Below are positions 52,586 to 64,000 of a stretch of 64,000 nt of DNA, piece by piece. The stretch is from Okamejei kenojei. Taxonomy: Eukaryota. Positions within the stretch are counted from its first letter, which is position 1; each line of letters starts with the position of its first letter. The translations under genes were made by a program, and so were the position numbers. The notes beneath the pieces were generated by a model that worked only from the letters and a program-made list of their open reading frames with translations, did no database searches and had not been told where the DNA came from. The stretch covers positions 141,112,001 through 141,176,000 of the forward strand of contig CM069131.1 in assembly GCA_035221665.1 (NCBI GenBank), in the 5' to 3' direction.

Positions 52586-53402
52586 ACAAATGTGAGGTTA
52601 TCCACTTTGGTGGGAAAAACAGGAAAGCAGACTATTATCTAAATGGTGGCCGATTAGGAAAAGGGGAGATGCAGCGAGACCTGGGTGTCATGGTACACCA
52701 GTCATTGAAAGTAGGCATGCAGGTGCAGCAGGCAGTGAAGAAAGTGAATGGTATGTTAGCTTTCATAGCAAAAGGATTTGAGTATAGGAGCAGGGAGGTT
52801 CTACTTCAGTTGTACAGGGTCTTGGTGAGACCACACCTGGAGTATTGCGTACAGTTTTGGTCTCCAAATCTGAGGAAGGACATTATTGCCATAGAGGGAG
52901 AGTAGAGAAGGTTCACCAGACTGATTCCTGGGATGTCAGGACTGTCTTATGAAGAAAGACTGGATAGACTTGGTTTATACTCTCTAGAATTTAGGAGATT
53001 GAAAGGGGATCTTATAGAAACTTACAAAATTCTTAAGGGGTTGGACAGGCTAGATGCAGGAAGATTGTTCCCGATGCTGGGGAAGTCCAGGACAAGGGGT
53101 CACAGCTTAAGGATAAGGGGGAAATCCTTTAAGACCAAGATGAGAAAGACTTTTTTCACACAGAGAGTGGTGAGTCTCTGGAACTCTCTGCCACAGAGGG
53201 TAGTTGAGGCCAGTTCAATGGCTCTATTTAAGAGGGAGTTGGATGTGGCCCTTGTGGCTAAGGGGATCAGAGGGTATGGAGAGAAGGCAGGTACGGGATA
53301 CTGAGTTGGATGATCAGCCATGATCATATTGAATGGCGGTGCAGGCTCGAAGGGCTGAATGGCCTAGTCCTGTACCTAATTTCTATGTTTCTATGTTTCT
53401 AT
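52586..53402 (+). mobile_element. CR1 3' fragment (intronic)
   Basis: ORFs 52555-52905 and 52933-53304; (TTTCTATG)n tail. Confidence 0.93.
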
Positions 53403-53954
53403 TAGCCTTATTCCTTATTAGTATCAAATGAATAATTAAAACAACCTTATGAAAACCGATTTGATTTATTTTATAGAATGAGTTATAATCAATTAAAAGC
53501 CAATAATAGTGCACAGTTTTTACTATAATGAATCAGGCACACATGTATATCGAAGCAAATATATAGTGTTATCAAAATGAGAAAGCACCTGCATAATCAA
53601 TAACAGGTATCAATTAATTCTCAGTTATATTACAATAATTGCCACATATACGGCTAACATCTTTTGAAAATGGATTATTTTCATCAACAGTAATAATTCT
53701 ATGGTTTTTCATTCAATATTAAAATTTAATCAGCATCTGGAAACTAGTAATTGTTGAACCTGGTACTGATGACACAGTTCGTGAAACCTGAAAAATGACA
53801 CCTGTATTACCACGCTGCCTTTGTCAACTGATACCTAAGTAAGGATTCTCTACACTTATTCACTAAAGTGCATTACAATGCCCAAATGTACCTTGCAGTG
53901 TCTATGAAAAATATGAAGGGGGAAGATAAAATCATAAGATTATCATGGATAAAT

Positions 53955-54525
53955 TATGCTAGATGTAATGTTGAGGCTCTATAAGGCACTGGCCAGGCCA
54001 CATTGGGAGTACTGTGAGCAAATTTGGGCCCCATATCTGAAGAAGGATGTGCTGGCTCTGGAGAGGGTCCAGAGGAGGTTGACAAAAATGATTCCAGGAA
54101 TGAGTGGGTTAGCATATGATAAGTGTTTGACAGCACTGGGCCTCTACTTGCTGGAGTTTAGAAGGTTGAGGGGGGGACCTCATTGAAACGTACAGAATAA
54201 TGAAAGGCATAGAGTGGATGTGGAAAGGATGTTTCCACTGGTGGGAGAGTCAAGGACCAGAGGTCATTGCCTCAGAATTAAAGAGCACTCTTTTAGTCAG
54301 AGGGTAGTTAATCTGTGGAACTCATTGCCACAGAGGGCTGTGGAGGCCGTCAGTGGATATTTTTAAGGACGAGATAGACAAATTCCTGATTAGAACGGGT
54401 GTCAAGGGTTATGGGGAGAAGGCAGGAAAATGGGATTAGGAGCCAGAGGTCAACCATGATTGAATGGCAGAGTAGACGCGATGGGTCTAATAAATGGCCT
54501 AATTCTACTCCTATATGTGAACTAT
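53955..54525 (+). mobile_element. CR1 3' fragment (intronic)
   Basis: LRLYKALARPHWEYCEQIWAP..; CR1 UTR. Confidence 0.88.
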
Positions 54526-55959
54526 TCCACAGCATGGATTATACAACCAGAAAGACACTGCCATGTCAGCATATCTAAATAACTTCAGGATCATGCATAA
54601 TTTTACCTGGGGATCTATTTCAAATGATAAACACTGCATAAATGCAGAAACTTAAATTCTGTGGTCTATAAGTAAGTGATAAGTAAATTAATAAATAGTT
54701 TTGTTAAGGAAATGATAAGATAGAACATACATTTAAATTACAGGGTCAGGATAAACCATTTGTTAGTCAAAGTTATGATAAATGTTTTACCAGAGAATGC
54801 ATAATCAAAATATTATAGCCATTCAACATATAGTTGGATGTCTTAATGGGAAAGCTGTTATTCGGATGAACCAAATGCTATTACTTGTCCATGTTCCTTT
54901 AATATTCAAATAGACAAAGTGCTGAGAACTTAAATTCACATTTTTTGCATAACTTGTCAATAAATAGTAATGGAGTACTTTTATGACTGGAAGTCTGGAT
55001 GGAGCAATATGTATTACAGCTATCCCTGATGCTGCTAAAACGTTTCCAGTACTCCCCAATAGAAAGTGTGCATGTTTTTATGATCAGAGCCACATAATAA
55101 TATTCACACTCTTTCATTATGTGTGGGTGATAAACAAGTGTACCTTCGAGAGTCACCATATGCCTTGAAGGCACCGTTCAAGAAGATTGTTTTATCCTTG
55201 TTTCTCTAAAAAATTTCAAAAACATTGTTGTTGCATAATTTCTTTACATAGAAGTAATATTGTCAGGGAGTTATAAGGACTGCTTTCAACATGTGTATCA
55301 TTTCAAAATGCATGAATGCAGTCATTTTAGTCCAAAGCAGGTCATGTTTCAGTCCTGCTTAATTGCTATTATTAAAGGCTAAAAATGCCTTTGGAGATTC
55401 CCACCAACTTAGTCCAAGTTTCACTGAACAGCTGGGTTCATTTGTAGATCACTTTCCTCCTTCAAAAAAAAAGTTAAAAACAAGAAATTTCAAAGAGCTT
55501 TAATTAATGACAGGAAGTTCACAGAAACTCTCCATTTTCTCATTTAGACAATATCTTTTCTGCTTATTACTTCGACACATGGGTTGCAGAGATGTAGTTC
55601 AGACGGACTTACTGTCATCCAAAGCCAAGCATCTTTTGTGGTGTTGTAGCAGAGAGATCTGAATGCAAGAAAACTGAACATGAAAATGGAACCTGAAGGT
55701 TAAAGGACACTCTTGTCTCCTGATTCGGGAGATGGTGTGATCATTTTCAAGGGAAGAGATGAGCTTTCATGCCAACATTTTTTAAATCTGAAAATATGAC
55801 ATTTGCATTTCAACTGCCACCGTGGAATTTCATCCATCATCAAAAATACAAGCCAACCATGGGACACTGATTATTTTAAACATTCAAAAAAAAGATATCT
55901 TAATGGCATTAACCATGGTGAGTTGACTTAATGTAATCTTTAGATGCACTGTGATGTAA

Positions 55960-56545
55960 GACAGCTCTTTGGCTCCAGCTCAGCTCTGCCTGTCCTGCCA
56001 TGTTGACCGGCGGCCCTGGACTGGCGGGTTGCCGGACTATTGATGTGCAGGCCTGGGTTTGCAGCCAGCGCAGAAGGGTAGCACTGGCTCTAGCACAACT
56101 GCCTGTTCTGCTGGGTTGACCGACGGCCCTGGGCTGACGGAACACCGTCCCAGAGCAGTGGAGTTGGCGCTTCTTCTCCGCGCTGGCTGTGGGCTGCCGT
56201 CTGACTCCTGCCGGTCCAGGGCTGTCGATTGGCCCGACGGGACAGGCATGGTTGAGCTGGAGTTGGCACTTCGTCTCTGCACTGGCTGTGGGCCTTGGCC
56301 TGGGCCGCCGCTCCCGTCTGACTCCTGTCGGTCCGGGATTTGCCCCGGACGTCTCTGGCTGCCCCCGCCACGAGGAGCTCGGTCACCGAGGAATTCCCTC
56401 CACTCTTGTGGTGCCGCGGCGCCTGCTGACGCCCTCGGGAGGAGACGGGAACGGTCCAGTGGCAGTTTGGCAGGGCCCAGGTTTGATCCTGGCTGCGGAT
56501 GGGGCGCAGGTCTGAGTGCATGCGTCAGCATGGTTGCCGAGAGTG
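55960..56545. other. GC/CpG-rich insert of unknown origin with an internal duplication
   Basis: Abrupt GC rise inside an AT-rich intron; imperfect repeat TGGAGTTGGC..CTGGCTGTGGGC..CCGTCTGACTCCTG.CGGTCC at ~56159-56217 and ~56258-56334. Confidence 0.5.
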
Positions 56546-57720
56546 AACCATTAAACTATGGCTCAATTTGCACTCACAAGGAGATACAAATGTGGCTTGA
56601 ACCTAAGGAAAGTGGATCTTTTGATTTCCTGTTTAATAATGATACCCCTATATCATATCGTACATTATCTTATTGCTATTTTCCGTGGATCTAACTGTAT
56701 ACAAAATGGATACTGTTTTCCAAATTTATAAAACAACCTGCACTTCCAAAAGTACACTATTGCCTTAGAAGTACTTAGTTGTCCAAAACTTGTAAACAAA
56801 TGCACTGGTTAATAAAATATCTTTTTCCATCAATTATTAAACCATTCCTGAAATATTCTGTTAAATTAAAATTGTGCAAATTATATCAACCTCTATATTA
56901 GTTTAACTGAGACTCGAGAAGCATTATTTCCTTCCTTCAGATTATTAAGTATCCCATGCTTGCAACCTGATCCTAAACTGCCCAATGATTTTCAATTAGA
57001 TCCCAATCGTTGAGGTCATTCAACAAGGCGCATGTACCAAAATTTAAATTTTAGATGTATGCACAGATTTAAATCATTAATACTGCCATGGGCCACATTG
57101 TACCATGGTAGCTGTAGGAGTTGTAGAACCAGTAGGATTTAAGGGGAAGCAGGTTGTTGGTCTAGCCTTGAGAGTGAACTTGGAACCTTTTAAGTCTATG
57201 TGGCTCTGTTAGTCATAGGAAAATTGTGTGGTTGGGGAAATATTGCACAAGAAATTATCTCACAAAATGTTGCCCGAACACATCTTAAAAGTAACATCAA
57301 TAAAATTCAAAATCTTTCTATTTGTGAAAGCACTATGATGCTGGTAAAATGTAGTCTCATGCTTGACTGAGCCAAGTCGTTACAGTGACTGTAAAAATGT
57401 CAGATGCACAATAGATATCAATAACCTGGAGAGAGAATAGAAGCCAGGTTCCTGTACATTAACACTATCAAGTGACCTTCAAGGGTCACACATGATAAAC
57501 AGCCACTCTTTTTAGTAGGCACTGGAGAGAAATGGAGAACACAGATCAAAACTCGGTGGCAAAAAACAAATCCAAAAGCAAGTGAGCCTACTCAAAGAAT
57601 ATTGAAATGGCTAAACAGTAAACTTCTATGAGATGTGTATGAAAGAACTGCAGATGCTGGTTTAAATAGAAGATAGACATAACTCAGCGGGACAGGAAGC
57701 ATCTCTGGAGAGAATTAATG

Positions 57721-57756
57721 GGTGACGTTTCGGGTTGAGACCCTTCTTCAGACTGA
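57721..57756 (-). ncRNA. Minimal hammerhead ribozyme motif, sense to SETBP1
   Basis: Reverse complement CAGU CUGAAGA A GGGU-CUCA-ACCC GAAA CGUC ACC. Confidence 0.65.
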
Positions 57757-57836
57757 TGTCAGGGGAATGGGCAGGACAGAGATAGAATGTAGTCAGAGAC
57801 AGTAAGACTGGTGGGAGAACTGGGAATGAGGAGGAT

Positions 57837-58563
57837 AATAGACAATAGGTGCAGGAGTAGGCCATTCGGTCCTTCAAGCCAGCGCCATCATCCCCAATCA
57901 GTACCCAGTTCCTGTCGGCTCCCCATACCCCCTGAATCTACTATCTTTAAGAGCCCTATCTAGCTCTTCCTTGAAAGTATCCAGAGAACCGGCCTCCACC
58001 GCCCTCTGAGGCAGAGAATTCCATAGACTCACAACTCTCTGTGTGAAAAAGTTTTTCCTTGTCTCAGTTTTAAATGGCTTACACCTTATTCTTAAACTGT
58101 GACCCCTGGTTCTGGACTGCCCCAACATCGGGAACATGTTTCCTGCTTCTAGCATGTACAAACCCTTAATAATCATATGTTTCAATAAGATCCCTTCTCA
58201 TCCTTCTAAATTCCAGAGTATACAAGCTCAGCAGCTCCATTCTCTCAGCATTTGACAGTCCCGCCAATCCTGGAAATTAACCTTGTAAACCTATGCTGAC
58301 CTCTTTGCTCCTATATTCAATTCCTTTTGTTATGAAGGCCAACATGCCATTCACATTCTTCACTGCCTGTTGTACCTGCATGCTTACTTTCATTGACATT
58401 TTATTCAAATTATCTGGTGTCAAACTATGCCGTCTGTCAGACAGAAAAAACTTATTTCTATCACAGCTGAGGTCACTGGTGCATACCTGAAACAAGCTAC
58501 AGACCCTATATTCATGTCGATATCTTTCAGTGATGAACAAGGACCCCGAGATCCCGTTGTACT
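57837..58563 (-). mobile_element. CR1 3' fragment nested in a PLE
   Basis: ORF 57898-58185; (ATAGACA)n tail. Confidence 0.88.
58397..58523 (-). mobile_element. hAT transposase fragment embedded in CR1
   Basis: Aligns to 59720-59860 (ACF.YAPVTSA..LSDRRH.LT.DNLNK). Confidence 0.85.
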
Positions 58564-58788
58564 GATGGAGAGAGAGGGAAAGCAAGGGCTGTTTGAAGTT
58601 AGAGAAGTCAATGTTCATACCGCTGGGGTGTAAGTTAAGGCGGACTGTGGTAGGTGTTCTATGAGATGCTTCTTGTACGGGTTATCCTGGATTGAAATCA
58701 GTATGGTTTGATAAGGATAAGGGGGAATATGGTTTGATATGGGTTGAAAGAATGTGTCTAATTAGTTCAATGCTAGCAACTACTAAGT

Positions 58789-59397
58789 CATAGAAACATA
58801 GAAAATAGGTGCAAGAGTAGGCCATTTGGCCCTTCGAGCCTGCACCGCCATTCAATATCATCATGGCTGATCATTCAACTCAGTATCCTGTACCTGCCTT
58901 CCATATCCCCTGATCCCTTTAGCCACAAGGGCCACATCTAACTCCCTATTAAATATGGTCAATGAACTGGCCTCAACTACCTTCTGTGGCAGAGAATTCT
59001 AGAGACTCGCCACTCTCTGTGTGAAAAATGTTCTCCTCATCTTGGTCCTAAAGGAATTCCCCCTTATCCTTAAACTGTGACCCCTTGTTCTGGACCTCCC
59101 CAACATCGGGAACAATCTTCCTGCATCTAGCCTGTCCAATCCCTTAAGAATTTTGTAAGTTTCTATAAGATCCCCCCTCAATCTTCTAAATTCTAGCGAG
59201 TACAAGCCGAGTCTATCCAGTCTTTCCTCATTTGAAAGTCCTGACATCCCAGGAATCATTCTGGTGAACCTTCTCTGTACCCCCTCTATGGCAAGAATGT
59301 CTTTCCTCAGATTTGGAGACCAAAACTGTACGCAATACTCCAGGTGTGGTCTCACCAAAACTCTGTATATTGCAGTAGAACCTCCCTGCTCCTATAC
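58789..59397 (-). mobile_element. CR1 3' fragment
   Basis: ORF 58999-59358; (CATAGAAA)n tail. Confidence 0.92.
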
Positions 59398-59509
59398 CAT
59401 ATTTCTTAAATATTTCATGTCCAAAAGCACAATGTGAGAATCCAGTCACGCTATGGGCTTTAAGGGTCAGTTTCTGAGCACCTCAGCATACCTATTCAAT
59501 TGTTATTAA

Positions 59510-60427
59510 TAGAGCCGGGATGTTTAGACACTATAAAACTCTGAAATAGGCAGGCAAAAAGGCATAATAAAATCACAAAAAAGGTTCAAAAAAGGCATCT
59601 ATTGACAAAAAAAGGCATAAAAAGGCATTTATTTCCACCACCAAAATATATTTTAAAATGATTATAATGGTATACTACATTAAATGACCAAAGTTGCCTG
59701 GTTGCACATAATTACTAGCATTTTATTCAAATTATCTAATGTTAAACGATGCCGTCTGTCAGACAGAATATGCTTTAGTTGTGAAAAACCTCTTTCTATC
59801 TCAGCTGAGGTCACTGGTGCGTACCCGAAACAAGCTACAGACTCTATATTCATGCTGATATATTGTGCATTACAACTACCTTGGAGAACTTTAGCTATGT
59901 TTTCTATTTCTTCAAGATCTTTGTTAGCTAAAATCACTCTCTCACATTTTCCTTATATGTCTTTACCTACATCGCCAGGAACTTTATGTATATCGTCAGT
60001 TACTTTGTTGAAAACCTGCAAGTTATTCACTAATGTTTCGCCACGTTTCTCAAGGGTAGTGGTAGCTTGTGGGAAGTTTGCAAAATTGGAAGCAATAAAT
60101 AGATTTTGTAGAAGACTGAACCAGCAGGCAGTGGCACGAATGAATGAACGACCGACAGTGGTGTCCCTGGTTTCGCCCCACTGGTGGAAATTTTCTTGTA
60201 ATTTATACTATGTTAACACGTTAATAATAACATTAATATTAACGTGTTAACATAGAAAACATCATTATAATCACCGTACAACTAGAGAAAATAGGAAGAC
60301 CTTTTAACAAAACGGTAAAAAAAGGCAAACATTTAGGCACTCAATCGAGAAAAAGGCATTATCTTGGTGAAATCATCAGAAAAGGCATGAAAAGGCACAT
60401 GGCATTTATGGCAAAATCCTGGCTCTA
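59510..60427 (-). mobile_element. hAT DNA transposon, internally deleted
   Basis: TIR TAGAGCCGGGATGTT / AAAATCCTGGCTCTA; perfect 8-bp TSD GTTATTAA (59502-59509, 60428-60435); dimerisation-domain remnant YAPVTSAEIERGFSQLKHILSDRRHRLT..NL; subterminal AAAAGGCA repeats. Confidence 0.93.
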
Positions 60428-60449
60428 GTTATTAATATTGCCAACTAAC

Positions 60450-60611
60450 CTGATTCACACGATGGAGATGGTGAAGGTGGGGGAGATGGTGATAGAGTTG
60501 ATCCTGTTATACTTTCAGTAGAAATTGCTTTCTTTCTGGTTACAATGGAAAGGCCACTATCATGTTTGTGCAACGTCATTTGGTCCAGCTTGGAGTGTGA
60601 GCTTATTAAAC
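60450..60611 (-). CDS. SETBP1: SET-binding protein 1, penultimate coding exon (162 bp)
   Basis: (G)LISSHSKLDQMTLHKHDSGLSIVTRKKAISTESIT resembles mammalian [38 protein letters not shown] as recalled. Acceptor TTTTCCTACTGTTAG, donor CAG|GTTAGT; phase 1-1, joins in frame to 52147 (G+TT = Val). Confidence 0.88.
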
Positions 60612-60689
60612 CTAACAGTAGGAAAATAAACACATAATAAACTGCATTATTTGAAAAGTCAGGCACAAAAATCGTTCTCACCAGGGACG

Positions 60690-61850
60690 AAAGTTATGAA
60701 AGTCAAACAGCCCAACTCACCCATGCTGACCAATATGCCCCATCTAAATGTCCAAATCGCCTGTGTTTGGCCATTGCCCTTCAAAACTTTTCTAATTTTT
60801 TCTTGAACAAAATAATTTTAAATGTTGTTATTGTACCTGCCTCAATTATGGCCTCTGCCAGCTCGTTCCATATATTTGCCATCCTCAGTATGAAAAAATA
60901 CCCCAGGTTCCTATAAAATATCACCTTCACCTCATGCCCTCTAGTTCTTGAATCCCCCTACCACAGGAACAAATTCTGTGGATTCACCCTATCAATTCTC
61001 TCATGATTTTATACGTCTCTATAAGGTCACCCCTCAACCTTCTGCACCCCAAGGAATAAAGTCCTAGCCAGTTCAACCTCTCTCTATAGCTTAGGCCTCC
61101 TTATGTTTTCTCTGCATTCATTCCAGCGTATTGGCATCTTTCCTATAGCAGGGTGACCAAAACTGAACACAATACTCATAGTGTAGTCTCACTAATATCT
61201 TGTACAACAGTAAGATAACATAACCCTGAAGAAGGGTCTCATCCCGAAACGTCACCTATTTCTTTTGTCTGACCCGCTGAGTTACTCCAGGTTTTTGTGC
61301 CTATCCCAACTTCTTTACTCATTTCCCTGACTGATTAAGGCCAGCATTCTTCACAACCTTATCTATCTGTGATGCCTCAATCAGGGTACAATGTACTTGT
61401 ACTCCTAGATCCCTCTGCTTTACAACACATCTCAGAGCCCTGCCGTTTACTGTGAAGGTCCTTCCTTTGGCTTAATTTACCAAATGCAACACTTCACACA
61501 TCTGAATTAAACTACATTTGCCATTCCTTGACCAAATTACCTAGCTGATCAAGATATATAGTTCCCAAATTTGACTTTGTAGCCCTTAATTAGATGCCCA
61601 AACTTAGCCATCCTACAGTCTTCCAGCACCTCACCCATATCTAACGATGATTTATATAGCTTAACTAAGGTTCCTGCAATATATTCTCTAGCTTCCCAGT
61701 GTTTTGGGATATAGCTGATCAGGTTCAGTAGATTCATCTACCTTCATACCTCTGAGGACATTCAGCCCCTTCTCGACTATAATAAGTACTGTACCCAAGG
61801 TACGCCTTTTAATTTTCTCAAGTTCCCTACTCTTTATGTCTTTCTCCATG
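60690..61850 (-). mobile_element. Old CR1 fragments with a short PLE unit inserted at 61226-61303
   Basis: Degenerate CR1 C-terminus and RT pieces; CTGAAGAAGGGTCTCATCCCGAAACGTC at 61226-61253. Confidence 0.75.
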
Positions 61851-64000
61851 GTAAAAACACAGCTTCCATGTTGTATAATAAGTTATTATTGTCTGATCTG
61901 GAATTGAGTCATACTGACTGAGACGATTCTATATTGAGTTCTAGACCATGCCAAAAATAATCGTTTCATCTTGGACAGTGAACATCTTATTTCAAATGGT
62001 CTTTGGAACCGTGTGCTTAGGAGATGGAGGAGAATAAAGCGACATCAGCTGGGTTTCCGCAGGTCATCATCATCAGGTGACCTGTGCTGGAGAGCAGACA
62101 TGGATGGCTATCAGCTAAGAACAGAATCAGACTCATAGTTCCTGTCACTGTGAAAATGTGCTGAAAATCACTTAAGGTTAATATAATAGGACGATAAATG
62201 GAATAACCACAGAAAGAGATTTGGAGTTTGCAATTTGCAATTAGCCCATGCTCATGATTTCTAATGTTGAGAAAACAGTAAGTTTATGCTGTCTGCTTGT
62301 TATAACAATTTTGCACGAAAGCTGGCAAGAACCATTCCAGTCACCGATTGTCTAAACAGCTGACCCTATTCTGTAAGTGGTCACATTCAATGAAAACATG
62401 CTTGCATTACTTAAAGTCAATCTGTAACTTTTAAAGGGGAATAAATTGTGGCTGTAGCAGGTGCTGGTAAGTGTTCTACAGTTGAAACTGACCTGGGAGA
62501 TATTCAAGAAGTGCACAATATAGGAAGAGTGGGAATTCATGCTACAGTTGAGGTATTCATGTAGGCTGTGGGAGGAAATGCCTTTTTTTCTGCAGGGGAC
62601 AAGGAGGTGATAGTCTTCCCCATTTCCTCTTCCTCTGGCAGCTTGCCTTGCTTGTTCTATGTGCCCTCTGCTCATTCTCACAATCATGCAATCTTTCAAA
62701 GACAAATTTCTACAAATTTATCCACATCCAGGTGGAAGTAGCTTGTGCAAAATCTTTAAATCAATTCAACACCTTCACCACTTAGCTTATCGATCACTGT
62801 ATTCTTTATCAGGTATAAAGAGCTCTTGAGATAACCAGATCTTTACACTCACTATAATCACTGTTAGAAATCAATCAGCAACTGACTAGCCAGGCCTGAT
62901 GATCCCTTTGATTGGCAGCAGGGTTATGCCTTGCTTCTGAATGCATATTCAGCTGCGTAAGGTCAACCGAGGGCTAAAATGGGCCATGGAGCTTTAATCT
63001 GGCAGTGCTGGTGTTATGTCAGCAGTACACACTAATTGAGGTTATGATCTGCCGACTCTACACATTTCTTAAGGGCATCAGCATGGTATGCACAAATGTG
63101 GCAGCCTGCATGAACTGCACTCCAAATATGCATGGCATGTATGGACATGGTGACGAGCCAGCTCAATACATGTGACACCTAGACAGAGGAAGCCAGGGAG
63201 TTGCATTTTGTAGCCTATAATTCACTCCTTGCAATAAAACCAATAAATCCCAGTAAATGGTCGTACTTTCGAAAATGGCACATACAAAACTGGAGAGAGA
63301 AAGAAAAACAAAAATATTTAATTATGATAAAAGCTTTAGATAGTTCCGATGTTGGAAATAAAACTTTCACAATGGGAGGTTGAACTCTAATATTACATTA
63401 TATTTAAAATGTTTGCTCATTTTGCGTGTGTTGTAAAATTCTACGATCCAATGCCTATATCACTCAAGTAAATGTAAACAGTTCAGTAATATGGGTGCTT
63501 AATCATTGTAATAATTTACCGTCATTGTGAAATTATTTGAATGACTAAACGTATAATATTCCTTTACTTGTTTGGTAAATGCAAGTAAGTCAACTAAATT
63601 AAATTTTTATACAAAAATACTTCTTTTTAATTACTGTTATGGTTCATGATGCTGACCACAGATGTACCAGAACAGTAATACTTTGGCCATTGGACTTGCC
63701 TAGTTCATTAACACATTTCCATCTTATCTAACACACATTTTAGTATTTTATAGGCTATTGTATTTTGCATCCCACAGCTCCTGTAGGCAGATAGTTCCAT
63801 GGTTTTGTGCTACTAAAAGTCTGCATATATTTCCTATTTTTATTAGTACCTATAAAATGCATTTACAATTGGCTGAAACACATGTCCAACAGACAATACT
63901 GCTTGGATCGAAAATGCTTGTTAATTTTTAAATATTGTGTAGCCCAAATGGTAAACAATGACAAGAAATAGTCAGGTCTATCTCTCGCACTTCATCTAAT

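Larger units (their letters stand above)
57636..58656 (-). mobile_element. Non-autonomous Penelope-like element with a 12-bp TSD, interrupted by CR1
   Basis: TTCTATGAGATG at 57624-57635 and 58657-58668; PLE parts 57636-57836 and 58564-58635. Confidence 0.8.

Noticed and set aside
56037-56694. Overlapping 108-211 aa ORFs as protein genes
   Set aside because: Expected in GC-rich, stop-poor DNA; no recognisable domain or exon structure.
59684-60250. 188-aa plus-strand ORF
   Set aside because: Antisense shadow of the hAT transposase remnant.
60612-60681. Hydrophobic N-terminus (YYVFIFLLL) of ORF 60445-60681 as a signal or membrane peptide
   Set aside because: It is the translated polypyrimidine tract upstream of the SETBP1 exon.
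1-64000. CRISPR array or prokaryotic operon
   Set aside because: No regularly spaced repeat-spacer array; recurring motifs are dispersed eukaryotic TE ends.

Overview
Repeat-dense vertebrate nuclear DNA, most likely from a cartilaginous fish such as a skate or ray. This is inferred from HE1-type V-SINEs and the CR1 and Penelope families present. The only host gene is the 3' end of SETBP1 on the minus strand: the penultimate coding exon (60450-60611), the last coding exon (51579-52147) and a probable ~3 kb 3' UTR. The rest is mostly nested transposons. These are two full-length but frameshifted DIRS1-type tyrosine-recombinase retrotransposons (1533-7660 +, 35505-40386 -), an isolated DIRS 3' end (~25525-26021), about 20 CR1 LINE pieces, Rex1/Babar, L1 and L2 fragments, a hAT deletion derivative with an 8-bp TSD and a PIF/Harbinger MITE. 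About 15 non-autonomous Penelope-like (PLE) copies carry a minimal hammerhead-ribozyme motif. The most notable signals are the hammerheads (one intact and sense-oriented in a SETBP1 intron, with copy breakpoints clustering at the core), the fully readable ITR/ICR architecture of the DIRS family, and a templated hAT fragment inside a CR1. The first ~8.6 kb looks like low-accuracy consensus sequence. Family assignments come from motif recognition only; no database search was run.
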